Part shown: positions 12,301 to 23,739 of the stretch, piece by piece | Layout of the letters: the number at the start of each line of letters is the position of its first letter | Position numbering within the stretch: the stretch's first letter is position 1 | NCBI RefSeq assembly: GCF_964355755.1 | Contig: NC_092675.1 | Location: 25,516,912-25,580,911, forward strand | DNA length: 64,000 nucleotides | Direction of reading: 5' to 3' | Origin: Antedon mediterranea | Lineage: Eukaryota > Animalia > Echinodermata | Position numbers and translations under genes: made by a program | Notes under the pieces: model-generated | What the model was told of the DNA's origin: nothing | Database searches by the model: none | The model's input: the letters and a program-made list of their open reading frames with translations, nothing else

Positions 12301-13989
12301 TAGATGCAACGAAAAAACGATTGACACATCACAGTTTAGCAAACATGTCGGCATAGATGAGCTCAGTGATCTGTCATATTTTATGCCTATCCTATCACAT
12401 CAAAAGTTAAAAATTCAGAATAATAATTCCGTGTCATTTATTTCGGTAAAAAAATTAGGTGCATTTATACCAATTAAACTACATACAGTATGTTAAAATA
12501 ATTATATATGTCAAAGGTTATAAATTGTATTTCCAGTAATTTTATGTGAAAATGTTTCATTACTACAAATATAAATGTCTCTATTCTAAACAAAATGACA
12601 CCAAAATCGATTGAAAATGATCAGTAGTTACTGAGATATACATATAAGAGGTCAAAGGTCAAACTGGAAGAAACATCATTTCTGGTCATTTTTGGACGAA
12701 ACTTTTCATTAGAGCAAATAGAAATATGTGGTTTGTGAACAATTTAACACCAGAATCAAGTCTCTACTGTTTATAGTTGCCAAGATATGAACATTTTTTG
12801 TTTTTATGGTGGCCATTTTGAAATCAAGATGGCCGCCATACCGGACGTTGGACACTTGGCACCCCCGATATTTTGAATCTATATACATCAAAGAAACTTT
12901 GTGGAAAGTTTCATGCTTTGGTAATAAAGTGCACAACTTGGCTATTTTTATGGCGTTAACTGCTCTACTATTAGTATTACCCGAGGTGAGAAGTCCACTG
13001 GCTCAAGTCCTCTGCACTCAAATCCTACAATTGTTTTCATCTGGTTACTGTTGTCAATGTCATAGGATTTTATTGTGTCTTTTAAAATATCTGCAAAAAT
13101 TGAAATTATCCTAAAATGTACAAATGTTATGTTTCATTACTGTTTTCTAAGTTCTTTTATATTAATTAGCAACATTCAACTATGTCACCAAGTATTTTTT
13201 TACCTATAGAATTTTCTCTGCTACATAATTTGCATTTTGAAACCATACTGGCTGAACCTCGCCCTCCTTTCAATGGATGACTTTCCTGTAAAAAAGGAAA
13301 GAAATATTTATTATTATCCATTGTTCTTTTTAATTAGCATAGAAACATTTTATTAATAATTATTATAATTACCAGAAGTGATATGTACACAAATGACTTG
13401 CTTTCTTCTTGACAATTCTGACATTTTAACTGAAATATATTAAAAAAATCAAGACATTGTATTAAAGGAAGTACTGTATGTAGGCATTGATTGGAGGTAC
13501 AGTAGGTAAAAATAAATGTTTTACTTTTTATACCACCAGGTCCATACCAAATGTATTTTTTTATACAGACCGATTCTTTTACTATTTAATATTTTAAAAA
13601 TTAACCAATAACTTTATATGTATGAAATAAGATTATTAAATTAGAGTTTTAACTGCATTTTCATCAATAAACCTACTTTTGAAACGATATTGTCGACCTA
13701 GCCTAGACCTCAGTCCTCAGGCGTAAAGGACAGATAGCCGGGGGACGGTCGCTACATTCATAAGAAAGAAAGGTCTAGGGAGGACTAGCTCCGACTAGCC
13801 TAGCTAGCTCACCTTTAGATACCATCGAAAATCATCACCTTCAGGTCGAAGATTTGTAACATTTTCTAGGTTAGCTTGAATTTGTAGACCTATACGCTAG
13901 AATAATAATGATTTTATGACAAAAAGACATTAAAATACTAATAATAATTATCGATAAATGGACGTCGACAATGTATTACTTACCACCAT
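9386..13989 (-). CDS. CZIB: CXXC motif-containing zinc-binding protein (C1orf123/UPF0587), 7 exons, 159 aa
   Basis: Exons 13984-13989 (MV), 13813-13896, 13373-13429, 13204-13285, 12981-13090, 9624-9686, 9386-9463; 480 nt, GT-AG. Protein: MVRIGLQIQANLENVTNLRPEGDDFRWYLKLKCQNCQEE...LKGGRGSASMVSKCKLCSRENSI...FECRGLEPVDFSPR...EWVDYDENKQESVGVYEV, with two CxxC motifs. Confidence 0.96.
9896..12970. mobile_element. Non-autonomous Academ-like DNA transposon (~3.1 kb) with ~455-bp TIRs in CZIB intron 5
   Basis: TAGTAGAGCAGTTAA... / ...TTAACTGCTCTACTA. TIR arms ~9896-10348 and ~12509-12970. TTA on both flanks (9893-9895, 12971-12973). No transposase ORF. Confidence 0.85.
10829..12031. repeat. ~30-bp minisatellite (GGTCTTACACCCCCTTCTTTGTCTGTGGAT)n, roughly 38 units in two blocks
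   Basis: Directly visible tandem units. Both blocks end in the same unique tail GGACCCACTACTTTGATTGATTAAATTAGACATTG (ending 11160 and 12031). Confidence 0.95.
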
Positions 13990-14220
13990 GTTTTTTGTTT
14001 TTAATATATCTGCTAGAGGGCGGCAAACAGACACAGTACTCGCCGCATGCAATTTTATTTTCAGTACGGCATGCCGCGGCAGTTCCATCAGTTCGTTTCG
14101 GACTAATATATTAATAAATCGACTCATCGGTAAGCCACTTTCATCGATGCAAAATAAATAAATCTGTAATATAATATTAATAGTAGTACTGAGCCTCATA
14201 GTTCCTACGTGTGCTTCAAA
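13990..14220 (-). promoter_or_regulatory. CpG-rich promoter/5' UTR region of CZIB
   Basis: Local CpG cluster immediately upstream of the ATG at 13989. Confidence 0.45.
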
Positions 14221-15205
14221 ATGAGTACATTTCCATGTACAGTACTACTTTTTATTTTAATAAAATGATGTAGTAGGTTAGAAATTAGGTGTACAGTACA
14301 GTAACACCATAGTCATTGACTATGGTAACAGATGTTTTTATAAGACAAATACAATTTGCGTTAGGAAAAATTTGAAAAAAAAAATGTCTAACAGTACATA
14401 CAGTATGTAATGTATAGAAATACATGCTTTCTTATAAAGCGTTTAATATTGTGCATTTAAATTAATAATTATTGATATCTTGGCCGGTGGAAATTTTTAA
14501 TTAAAATGAACAACCTTTTTTTAAATATTAATTTCAGAAACCATTGGTATTGTTGACATTTTGAAAATCATCAAGAATATGGAATACAGAAACCTGATCT
14601 TCATGTCGATAAGATGATAGTATCAAATTATAAGCTTCCTGGAAAATCTGTTATTATTAAATGTATTTGTAGTCGTTGAATGTTTTTTTTTAATATTTTT
14701 CATATACACGTACATAATCAATTAATCAGATAATTGCCCGTGTAATAATTATGTTTTAAATTATTTTGAATTAAAATGCAATTCTACAAGTAGTAAGAAC
14801 AAATCAGTATATTTGAAGATAACGTTATATAAATAAAAATAACAAAAACAATTTTACGATGTAAACTTTTCATGCACTGTCATGAATGTATACATATAGT
14901 TCTATCTGCTTTGACCTGATCAAAGTGTTTTAAACGCAAGGCATTGGAATGTTGATCGTTGTGTCTGAACCCCTTGGCTTTTAACGCCACGGATTACCTT
15001 AACGCCGTGAGTCTGAACATACCCTTATAATTGAGAAATCAACCTTTGTATCACAATTCAATTGGGTTCACAAATTTTCCCCAGAAGACTCAGTGAAGAG
15101 ATTGTCCAGATGTTTTAATGTCTATTTAGTCCATAATTTTAATCCCAAAAGAAAATAGTTGATTTGACCTCTAACCGTTCACATCGTACTGTAAAACTAT
15201 TAGAT

Positions 15206-15895
15206 ATTGACAGTTTTAAGCAGAGATTCGACAGGGCCAATTCATCATTGTAACCAACGCCCCCCCCCCCCAGATAATCACAATCACTTCTATCCAAACG
15301 TACCTGGACAGACCAATCATTAACCTGAGATGATGTAATAACATAATTATGCTAATGAAGCCGATATACACCTCACAGACACTTCTTCGAAGACACACCT
15401 TACCGACACTTCCTCAGAAGCATTTCTATAGCCACACGTACCTCACTTACAGCATCACTCTTTCCAACAATAATCCTTGAATTTTTATACCAAATTAATA
15501 TTTTTGATTTCAAATTTTTTAAGATTAGATTAGCCTCAGAAAGGCCCAGTGAAAGAGATTGTCCATTGACAGTTTTAGCAGAGATTCGACAGGGCCAATT
15601 CATCATTGTAAGACCCACCCCCAGATAAGATTAACCTCAGAGATGATGTAATGACATATTATGCTAATGAACAGAAGCCGATATACACGTCACAGACACT
15701 TCTTCGAAGGCAAACCTTACCGACACTTCCTCAGAAGCATATCTACAGCCACACCTCACTTACAGCATCACTCTTATACTTTGTTCCTGTTTCTGTATAA
15801 TTATATTGTATCGTATTGAGTATTAGGCCTATAACGTATTATTAAATAAACAACTGTGATATTCAATCAACCAAGCGAGTACAGTCTTTAAAACA
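15206..15895. repeat. Diverged direct duplication (15206-15462 vs 15565-15775); second copy extends into an LTR-like unit
   Basis: Shared blocks, e.g. GCAGAGATTCGACAGGGCCAATTCATCATTGTAA and CTTACCGACACTTCCTCAGAAGCAT. Confidence 0.75.
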
Positions 15896-16218
15896 GTAAA
15901 ACCTCCACACATTATAACACTACGTACATTTTTTTGGTATCTTTATGTATGCCTAACTATATCCAGTGAATGCAAAAATAGATGTTAACATTAAATATTC
16001 TCATCCCTAAGGTGGTATTTTAACGCATTTCTAATTATACCAATCAGTTCCACAGTTTTGGAGAATTTTGGAGTAGGGAACACAATATCTGTAAGTGCAG
16101 TTTTCCTTGCTCATCATTTTTGGTATCAATGAAGCAATGTCTCTTTATTTTGATGTAAGTTGATTGTAATTAGATAATTAAAGATTTCTCATAAGGACAT
16201 AAGGTTATGTTTTTTTAA

Positions 16219-16465
16219 AGATGTATTGTCCCCCCAAAAACATAAAAAATGAAGATTAATTACATCAGACTTTGATAGGTTATTTGTAGTTTTAATCAAG
16301 TTAATAAATTGCGTAGAAAAAAAACTAAAATGACAAAATAAATGGTTATATTCAACCAACAATCCATTGGCTGGCAGCCAATTTGACTTGTTTGCTTTAA
16401 ATTACAGTTTTTTCAGGTAAATAATTTTTTTTTATCCAAGTTTTGGTCAAAGTGGATAACTATTA
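16219..16465. mobile_element. Truncated Kolobok-like MITE
   Basis: TTAA|AGATGTATTGTCCCC terminus. Interior resembles the reverse complement of the 23424-23739 copy. Confidence 0.6.
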
Positions 16466-16715
16466 TATGATATTAAAATAAAATAATACTAATTTAATTT
16501 AGCTTTTTTAAATCTATTAAATAATCAGTCTATAAACACTTCAATGGTATTGACTAAATCCTTTCGTTTTTGAACATAAACAAAACGCATTTCCTACGAC
16601 TTACAATAAAAAAATCAAATTAATATAATTCAAACATAATGTTACAATAAAACATATGAATTTTGGTGAAATATAAAAGATAACATGAACATAACTAAAA
16701 CATATCAGAATATAT

Positions 16716-18190
16716 TTGTATAATAATCAATATGGATTGAGAAAAAATCATGCTACGCATCTGGCAATACTTGATTTGGTAAATAATGTAACTAAAGCCA
16801 TAAACAATGATATGTACACTGTTGGCACAATCGATCACAATATTCTACTCAATAAATTGTACAATTACGGATTCCGTGGTGTATCACATGAATGGTTCAA
16901 AAATTATTTATTGAATAGAAAACAGTATGTGTCCTACAATCATGTAAATTTATCATATGAAAGTGTCAAGTGTGGGGTCCCTCAAGGTTCAATATTAGGG
17001 CCTTTATTGTTTATCATATATATGAATGATATAGGCCTATGCAAAGTTGACTCTCTTTTATATTATTAGCAGATGACAGATGACTGTTTTCTACTCAGAT
17101 TGTAATATTGATAATATGTTGAATGTAATGAATAATGAGCTTTCAGAAATCTGTAACTGTCACTCAATACTGATAAAACAAATCTTATGTTTCTGGGAAC
17201 ACCGCACCAAACAAAAAATGTAAATTCAACCTGTTGTATTTATCTGGATGGGTGTGAATTAAACCATGTACAAGAGGCATCATTCCTTGGTATAACTTTA
17301 GATCAAAATCTTACCTGGAAACGAGATATCAATAACATTCGAAAGAAGTGCTAAAAAAATGTTGGAGTGTTAAACAAAGTGAAACATTTCCTACCGGAAA
17401 AATCTTTACAATTACTGTATATTATTCTTTAATTTTATCACACATCAATTACGGGATTTTGCTATGGGGTACAGCAAACAAAGGATATGTGAATAAAATA
17501 TTGAAATTGCAAAAGAAAGCTGTAAGAATCATTACCAATAGTACATATTTATATCCAAAAAAACCTTTATTTGAAAAACTAAATCTATTGAATGTTTTTG
17601 ATCTGTACAAGAAGGAACTAGGTATAGTTATATACAAAATATAACAATGGAATGTTACCTAAATCCTTCAATAATATTTTTACTGAACACGAAAGTATCC
17701 ATAATAGGTAATTACTAGAAATAAAAACAACTATCGGCTAGATATTCATAAAATCAAATCTGTATTTTCAACGGGTTCCAAATATTGGAATAATTTGCCT
17801 GACAATGCCAAAAACTCTCATAGTGTTAATCATTTCAAAACACAGATTTCTAAGCACATCTCTTGACTAAGTGGCTTTACCTTGTACAGTTTATATTTTT
17901 TATTTATACTTATACTAATAGATAACTTGTTAATTTTGGCTATGCATATTACAAGGGTGGATGGGTTATGTCTTTATTTATGTAAATTGTGAATTATATG
18001 TATATTTATAAATATTTATTTATGTTCCTTCAATATTTGTATGTGTATGTTATTGTTAGTGTTTTTATTGTAAAGGTAGTACAACGTTTTTTTAGGCTCT
18101 GCCTTAGTTGTACGTCCTCCATCTTAATTTGTATTTTATGTATATAATGTAATTTTATTAGGGTTTTAACAACTTCTAAAAGCAAATTAT
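16716..18190 (+). mobile_element. 5'-truncated, frameshifted CR1-group (Crack/L2/Daphne-like) LINE: RT domain, ORF2 end and 3' UTR
   Basis: [91 protein letters not shown]2 stop near 17866. The 3' limit is approximate. Confidence 0.9.
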
Positions 18191-18342
18191 TAATTAGTAT
18201 TGATGAAAAGAGGGTTCCTATCAAAAGAAAAGCTCAACATCCATATATGATATTCCTTCATTTTGTTATGTCAGATACAATTCACATTCATAAAGAAAAA
18301 AATGGTATGTTATGTATCTGTTAAATATTGTATGTTTACTGT

Positions 18343-20055
18343 TTAGTAATTGAATATTTTAACACTTTTATCAGCATAATCAGCTACTGCTATTTGTTGT
18401 GGTCTGTTGGAAATGACAGCGATTTCAAGTGGTTTTGATATTCCATCTTCAATACTATCTATTCGTTTTAAGAAAACACCATTTTTAGCAAATAATTGTA
18501 GTTTATGACTATAACTTGATATTATTATATTTTCATTCATGTCCATTTCTATACCACAGGGGTTCATAACTTTCCCATCTTCATGACCTTTATTTACTAG
18601 TGTTTTAATAAACATACAATTTGTATCAAACATTTGTATTCTATGATTAACACTATCTGTAACCATCAAATTACCTTCCCTGGTTAAAGTCACATCAAAT
18701 GGAAAATTAAAATTTTTTCTTATATTACCCAGAAAGCTGCCATCATCAATATTAAATTTACAAACACGACCAGCTTTACTGTCTACAACAAACAGAACCC
18801 GTGTTTCATCGTTTACTGTCAGCCCATTCGGGCGTTTTAATATCCCTTTACCAAATTGAGCGCACTCTTCAAATTTATCATTAAGCATCACAACAACATT
18901 TCTTTGTCTATCACAGTACACAAGGTGACCATTACCCATGACATGCATGCTACAGACTTCAGTATTGTGTGCCAGTTTAATATTGGCAACAAATTCACCT
19001 AATTTGTTGAATTTCAATAAATCATTACCAACGCTTGATACTAATATACAACCATCTGAGCCTAATGCTACACTTGATACTATGTATTCAGTATATTTGC
19101 GTGGTTCAATGGTACGAACAAGGCCCAGTGGTTCCACTTTGATCTTCACAGGTGAACCTTTAAAGTGTGCTACTCCATTCAAGACCTCCATCTTCCAATC
19201 ACCTTCCTTATCACATCTTCCCTTTATTATATACTCTCCACTTCCCATGTCTTCTACCTCCGTGGCAGTTTTTTCACCTGACGGAGATATCAGAGTAGCA
19301 GCTACTTTACATTGGTCACTTTTATTCAGACTTTCTGCTTTCACTACAAACGTTTGTCCCTTTGATACTGTAATGGATCTATCACCTTTGTCAATGATGA
19401 ACCTACTATCAATACTTGTGATTTCACCAAGGCCTTTTGTAGTGAGAACATCATCCAAATGTTCATTTATAATGAACGTTGGTTTAATGTATTTCATTGG
19501 TAAATACCTGGAATTCATTTCCTTCAAGCATTGTTTAACGTATTCAAAATCTGACTTGAAATCATCAATTGTCTGTATATTTTCTGGTTTGTTCTTCGTT
19601 TTAGTAACTGATGCCTTCAGACCTTGCACTTCCATTTGGTGTGATTCTAGCTCCATCACTTGATGCTCAATGGCTTTATTCTTTTGCTGACGTACATTTT
19701 CTAGATCCAATAATACTTTTCTACTTTCTTCTTTCACACTAGAAATAATTATTTCTGTATGCGTTTCAATAACTTCTTTGATCGTCTGTACCTCTGATTC
19801 AAAGTTGGCTTTGTCATCCATTATAGAATGAAATGTAGTTTCTAATTCTTTTTTGATATCATCAGCTGACAGAATCAATTCAGTTATTCGTTTATTAATT
19901 ACATCTATAGCATCACTGATTTTTGTTGAATCATGATTAGTTTTGTAACAACTCATAAAACATGTCTTACATACACTTTTGTTACAAGTTGTACAAAACC
20001 TTTCTACTGTGTTGTCTGGATGGTCTTGACATCTTCCTTGTACTTGACTTGACAT
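18343..20055 (-). CDS. TRIM2/TRIM3-like B-box, coiled-coil, filamin, NHL-repeat protein lacking a RING (570 aa from the ATG at 20055)
   Basis: B-box CQDH...FCTTCNKSVCKTC...H, helical coiled-coil region, filamin-like VEDMGSGEYII...HFKGSPVKIKV, NHL repeats (RPNGLTV, FPFDVTL...VTDSVNHRIQMFD, NPCGIEMD, VADYADKSVKIF). The ATG sits directly after a TTTGCAG acceptor. The ORF-track start at 20088 is a non-ATG codon. Confidence 0.9.
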   Translation of the reverse strand: MSSQVQGRCQDHPDNTVERFCTTCNKSVCKTCFMSCYKTNHDSTKISDAIDVINKRITELILSADDIKKELETTFHSIMDDKANFESEVQTIKEVIETHTEIIISSVKEESRKVLLDLENVRQQKNKAIEHQVMELESHQMEVQGLKASVTKTKNKPENIQTIDDFKSDFEYVKQCLKEMNSRYLPMKYIKPTFIINEHLDDVLTTKGLGEITSIDSRFIIDKGDRSITVSKGQTFVVKAESLNKSDQCKVAATLISPSGEKTATEVEDMGSGEYIIKGRCDKEGDWKMEVLNGVAHFKGSPVKIKVEPLGLVRTIEPRKYTEYIVSSVALGSDGCILVSSVGNDLLKFNKLGEFVANIKLAHNTEVCSMHVMGNGHLVYCDRQRNVVVMLNDKFEECAQFGKGILKRPNGLTVNDETRVLFVVDSKAGRVCKFNIDDGSFLGNIRKNFNFPFDVTLTREGNLMVTDSVNHRIQMFDTNCMFIKTLVNKGHEDGKVMNPCGIEMDMNENIIISSYSHKLQLFAKNGVFLKRIDSIEDGISKPLEIAVISNRPQQIAVADYADKSVKIFNY

Positions 20056-20244
20056 CTGCAAATTTAAACATTCATTTTTAGTATGCAAACAATTTTTTTT
20101 TTATTAATTAATTGTTTTAGTTTCATAATTTAATAGTAAACATTCAACTTTTAGGAATACTTTCAAAACCATTTTTTCCTAGTCTAACGAAACTGCAGAC
20201 CACACAAAACATGTTGTTGAATGACCGCCATTTCCCAACTGGTT

Positions 20245-20358
20245 TTATACGGCCATACTGCGAAATCGGTTTTCGTCAGATCACCGAAGTTAAGCAACGT
20301 TCGGTCCGGTTGCGTCCTGGATAGGATACTGTTGGGAATGGCGTCGGTTCCTGTATAT
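20245..20358 (+). pseudogene. Degenerate 5S rRNA-derived sequence (pseudogene or SINE head)
   Basis: TATACGGCCATAC...CGGTTTTCGTCAGATCACCGAAGTTAAGCAACG...TGGATAGG...TGGGAAT...CTGTATA aligns by eye with metazoan 5S rRNA, with indels and many substitutions. Confidence 0.8.
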
Positions 20359-20630
20359 ACCGGAGAGTAAGGTGTAATGGGTTTGAGCCTCTGTACCATA
20401 CTGATTACATCCTTAAGCCTATTTTCCACTAGGCAAATTTGTTCTTCCAAATCCCTCTCTACGCATGCGTATAAGCTGACGCTTTCGATTCGCGTGAACA
20501 AATTCGTCTAGTGGAAAATAGGCTTTAGGCAAGATGCTTTACTCTCATTGTCTCGTCCTTCGGATGGGATGCAAAGTCGTGGCCCCGTGCACATAATGCA
20601 CGTTAAGGGACTTGGTACACTATTCAAAAA
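20359..20630 (+). mobile_element. SINE body continuing from the 5S-like head, interrupted by a MITE
   Basis: B-box-like GGTTTGAGCC. Removing the MITE restores ATCCTTAGGCAAGATGCTTT...CATTGTCTCGTCCTTCGGATGGGA...GCACGTTAAG, which resembles invertebrate SINE central domains. Confidence 0.55.
20416..20524. mobile_element. 109-bp Harbinger-like MITE
   Basis: TIR AGCCTATTTTCCACTAG / CTAGTGGAAAATAGGCT with TTA on both flanks. Partial relative near 36090-36145. Confidence 0.8.
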
Positions 20631-21137
20631 TAATATTAAATTATACCAAGGAACAACACTTTGGCAGGATTAGTCTGGTTTTATTTAGCAACTAACCTTA
20701 GTTTTCTTCTACCTGTTGCTGTACAGTAGGCCAACTGTGTTTGCAAATGGGCATGGGTGCGGCTCGGCTGGCAATGCTGAAATACAAGATACAAAACTTT
20801 CCAAAGTCTGGTTGATACCCTGCTATTGCTTAACAAACTTCCAAAACAGGCAGCATATAAAATAAAATTCATAAAATAATATTGATTTTGCTGTGGACTT
20901 GATTCTAACACAGTTGTAATTTGTTTGTTGTAATGTTCTTTGCAATAGCAACACTGTTTTACATAATTAAGGAAGTAAGAAATTTTATATTAATATCCTA
21001 TGTAAAATACGTAAACGTGATTGGTATCTCCTCAACCATGAATGTGATATATCAGTTACAAATTTCAGATACAATTCATATTCATAAAGAATAAATGGTA
21101 TGGTGTATGTATCTGTTAGATATTGTATGTTGACCTT

Positions 21138-22330
21138 TTAGTAATTGAATATTTTAAAACTCTTGTCATAATCATCAGTTACTGCTATTTGTTGTGGTCT
21201 GTTGGAAATGACAGCAATTTCAAGTGGTTTTGATATTCCATCTTCAATACTATCTATTCGTTTTAAGAAAACACCATTTTTATCAATAATTGTAGCTTAT
21301 GACTACTGGATATTATTCTCATTCATGTCCATTTCTACACCACGGGGGTTCATTACTTTCCCATCTTCAACACCTTCACTTACTAGTGTTTTAATAAACA
21401 TACCGTTTGCATCAAACATTTGTATTCCATTACAATGATCAGTAACCAACAAATTACCTTCCCTGGTTAAATTCAAATTGATTTTGTATCTCACCCGCGC
21501 AGGCTGCCATCATCAATATTAAATTTACAAAAACGCGAATAGCCATACAACAAACAAAACCCGTGTTTCATCGTTTACTGTCAGCCCATTCGGGTAATTT
21601 AATATTCTTTTACCAAATTGAGCGCACTCTTCAAATGTATCTTTAAGCATCACAACAGTCTGTCTTTGCCTATCAATGTATACAAGGTGACCATTACCCA
21701 TGATATGCATGATAATGACCCGAGCATTTTGTGCCAGTTTAATTTTGGCAATAAATTCACCTATTTTGTTAAATTTCAATAACACATTACCAAAGCTTGA
21801 TACTAATATACAACCATCTGAGCCTAATGTTACATCTGTTACATTGTATAATTCAGTACGGTATATTTGTGTGCTGCAAAGGTACGAACAAGGCCCAGTA
21901 GGTTCCACTTTGATCTTCAATGGTGAACCTTTAAAGTGTGCTACTCCAGCCATGACCTCCATCTTCCAATCACCTTCCTTTTACATCTTCCTTATATTAT
22001 ATACTTTCCACTTCCCATATCTTCTTCCTCAGTGGCAGTTTTTTCACCTGACGGAGATATCAGAGTAGCAGCTACTTTACATTGGTCAGATTTTCTGCTT
22101 TCACTACAAACGTTTGTCCCTTTGATACTGTAATGGATCTATCATCTTTGTCAATGATGAACCTACTATCAATACTTGTGATTTCACCAAGGCCCTTTGT
22201 AGTAAGAGCATTATCCATATGTTCATATTTATAATGAACGTTGGTTTAATGCATTTCATTTGTAAATACCTGGAATACATTTCCTTCAAGCATTGTTTAA
22301 CTTGTTCTAAATCTGACTTGAAATCATCAT
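21138..22330 (-). pseudogene. Frameshifted, 5'-truncated tandem paralogue of the TRIM-NHL-like gene
   Basis: Colinear high similarity to 18343-19568, broken into ORF pieces 22104-22289, 21525-21962 and 21303-21494. Homology continues ~70 bp past the stop codon. No B-box remains. Confidence 0.92.
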
Positions 22331-22381
22331 TGATAATACTCGTTGTAGGCCTATAATTTATTTAAAATACTGCATTGTTAA

Positions 22382-22907
22382 AGATTTATTGTCCCTTGAA
22401 ACACATACAAACACAATATACTAAATTTTTATTGGCCATATCAAAGTAATATTAAAGTTATTCACTTTAAGTCAAAAATTCGAGCCAAAAACAACAATTT
22501 TACGTAATTATCAGCTAAATTAATTTGATTACATTTCGTCCGGAAAATAGTCGCGAGCAAAAGTAAACAAAGATTTTAAACCACGAGTCTGCATTATGCA
22601 TATGCTAAATTAGGATTGTTTACAACTCGTCACGGTTGAGAAGTGTGTTTTCACACAGATCGCGAGGAAGTTTTATGGTTATGCATACAGAGTAGCCAAA
22701 TAAGCGCGTTGCATTAGATATGTTTTGATCGAAAAGTTATTTTTTGAACCAAAAAACGTCTGTAGGCCTATTTCAGTTAAATGATTTTTTTTTCGACTAA
22801 TTTTTGGTGAAAGTTAATAACTATTATGATACTTCAAAATGACCCACTTTTTTTCGAAATCTTTTTATTTTTATTTTTTTAGAATTTGACAAAGGGACAA
22901 TACACCT
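22382..22907. mobile_element. Kolobok-like MITE (TTAA TSD)
   Basis: TTAA|AGATTTATTGTCCCTT ... AAGGGACAATACACCT|TTAA. Confidence 0.8.
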
Positions 22908-23423
22908 TTAATAATACATAGATAATAGGGTACTGCAGATTAAACACATACGTAATTTGATATACTTAGAATTCTTGCCATTGCTGTTTTCATTTATGTC
23001 TATTGTTAATCACTTTGTGGTACAGTATATTATAATTTGTTGATCTATACATGACATCTATGATCTATAAGAAAATAAGTCCAAATAAAATATTGGTGCG
23101 TTTCGCAAACTCTCTGTTGTTTTTTTTTTCAATGTAGAAAAGTACTTTTAATTGAAAGAAATGTTTACTCATACAAACAAGAAAAATAAGTTATTACAAG
23201 ATGTTAGTACTGTATCACTTATTTTTGTACAGTATTTTTTAGATATTTAATTGACCTAATTTATTTTAATGATATTCATAATTTGATTTAATAATTTGAT
23301 ATATGCCTACTGTAATAATAATAGGATGATTTAATAGGCTATATTATTTTGTATGTATTTTTTTATTCTGAAAGTAATATAATAAATTTCCATTTATCTA
23401 GACTCTTAAGTTTTGGATTTTAA

Positions 23424-23739
23424 AGATATATTGTCCCCCTGAAAAAGCTATTTTTATAAACATTTTATTGTTGAATATGTTATTCACTTTGACAAAAAAT
23501 TTGATCGGCAAAAAAAGTATTTACTTGAAAAAACTATAATTTAAAGCAACAAAATAGTCAAATTGTCTGTCAAGCAATGAGTTTTTGGTTAAATTTAGGC
23601 CTAACTGTTTTTTTTTTTTTTTTAAATAAATGAAATCATCTTTTTTCTATGGAATTGAGTAACTTCATTAAAACTCCAAAATGACCTATTAAAATTCTGA
23701 AATCTTTATTTTTCATGATTTTTGGGGGATAATATATCT
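23424..23739. mobile_element. Kolobok-like MITE (TTAA TSD)
   Basis: TTAA|AGATATATTGTCCCCC ... GGGGGATAATATATCT|TTAA. Confidence 0.8.

Noticed and set aside
18938-19663. 241-aa plus-strand ORF
   Set aside because: Antisense shadow of the TRIM-NHL-like CDS with no recognisable motifs.
20245-20358. Functional 5S rRNA gene
   Set aside because: Deletion in the 5' half, altered box C, no T-run terminator and no tandem array.
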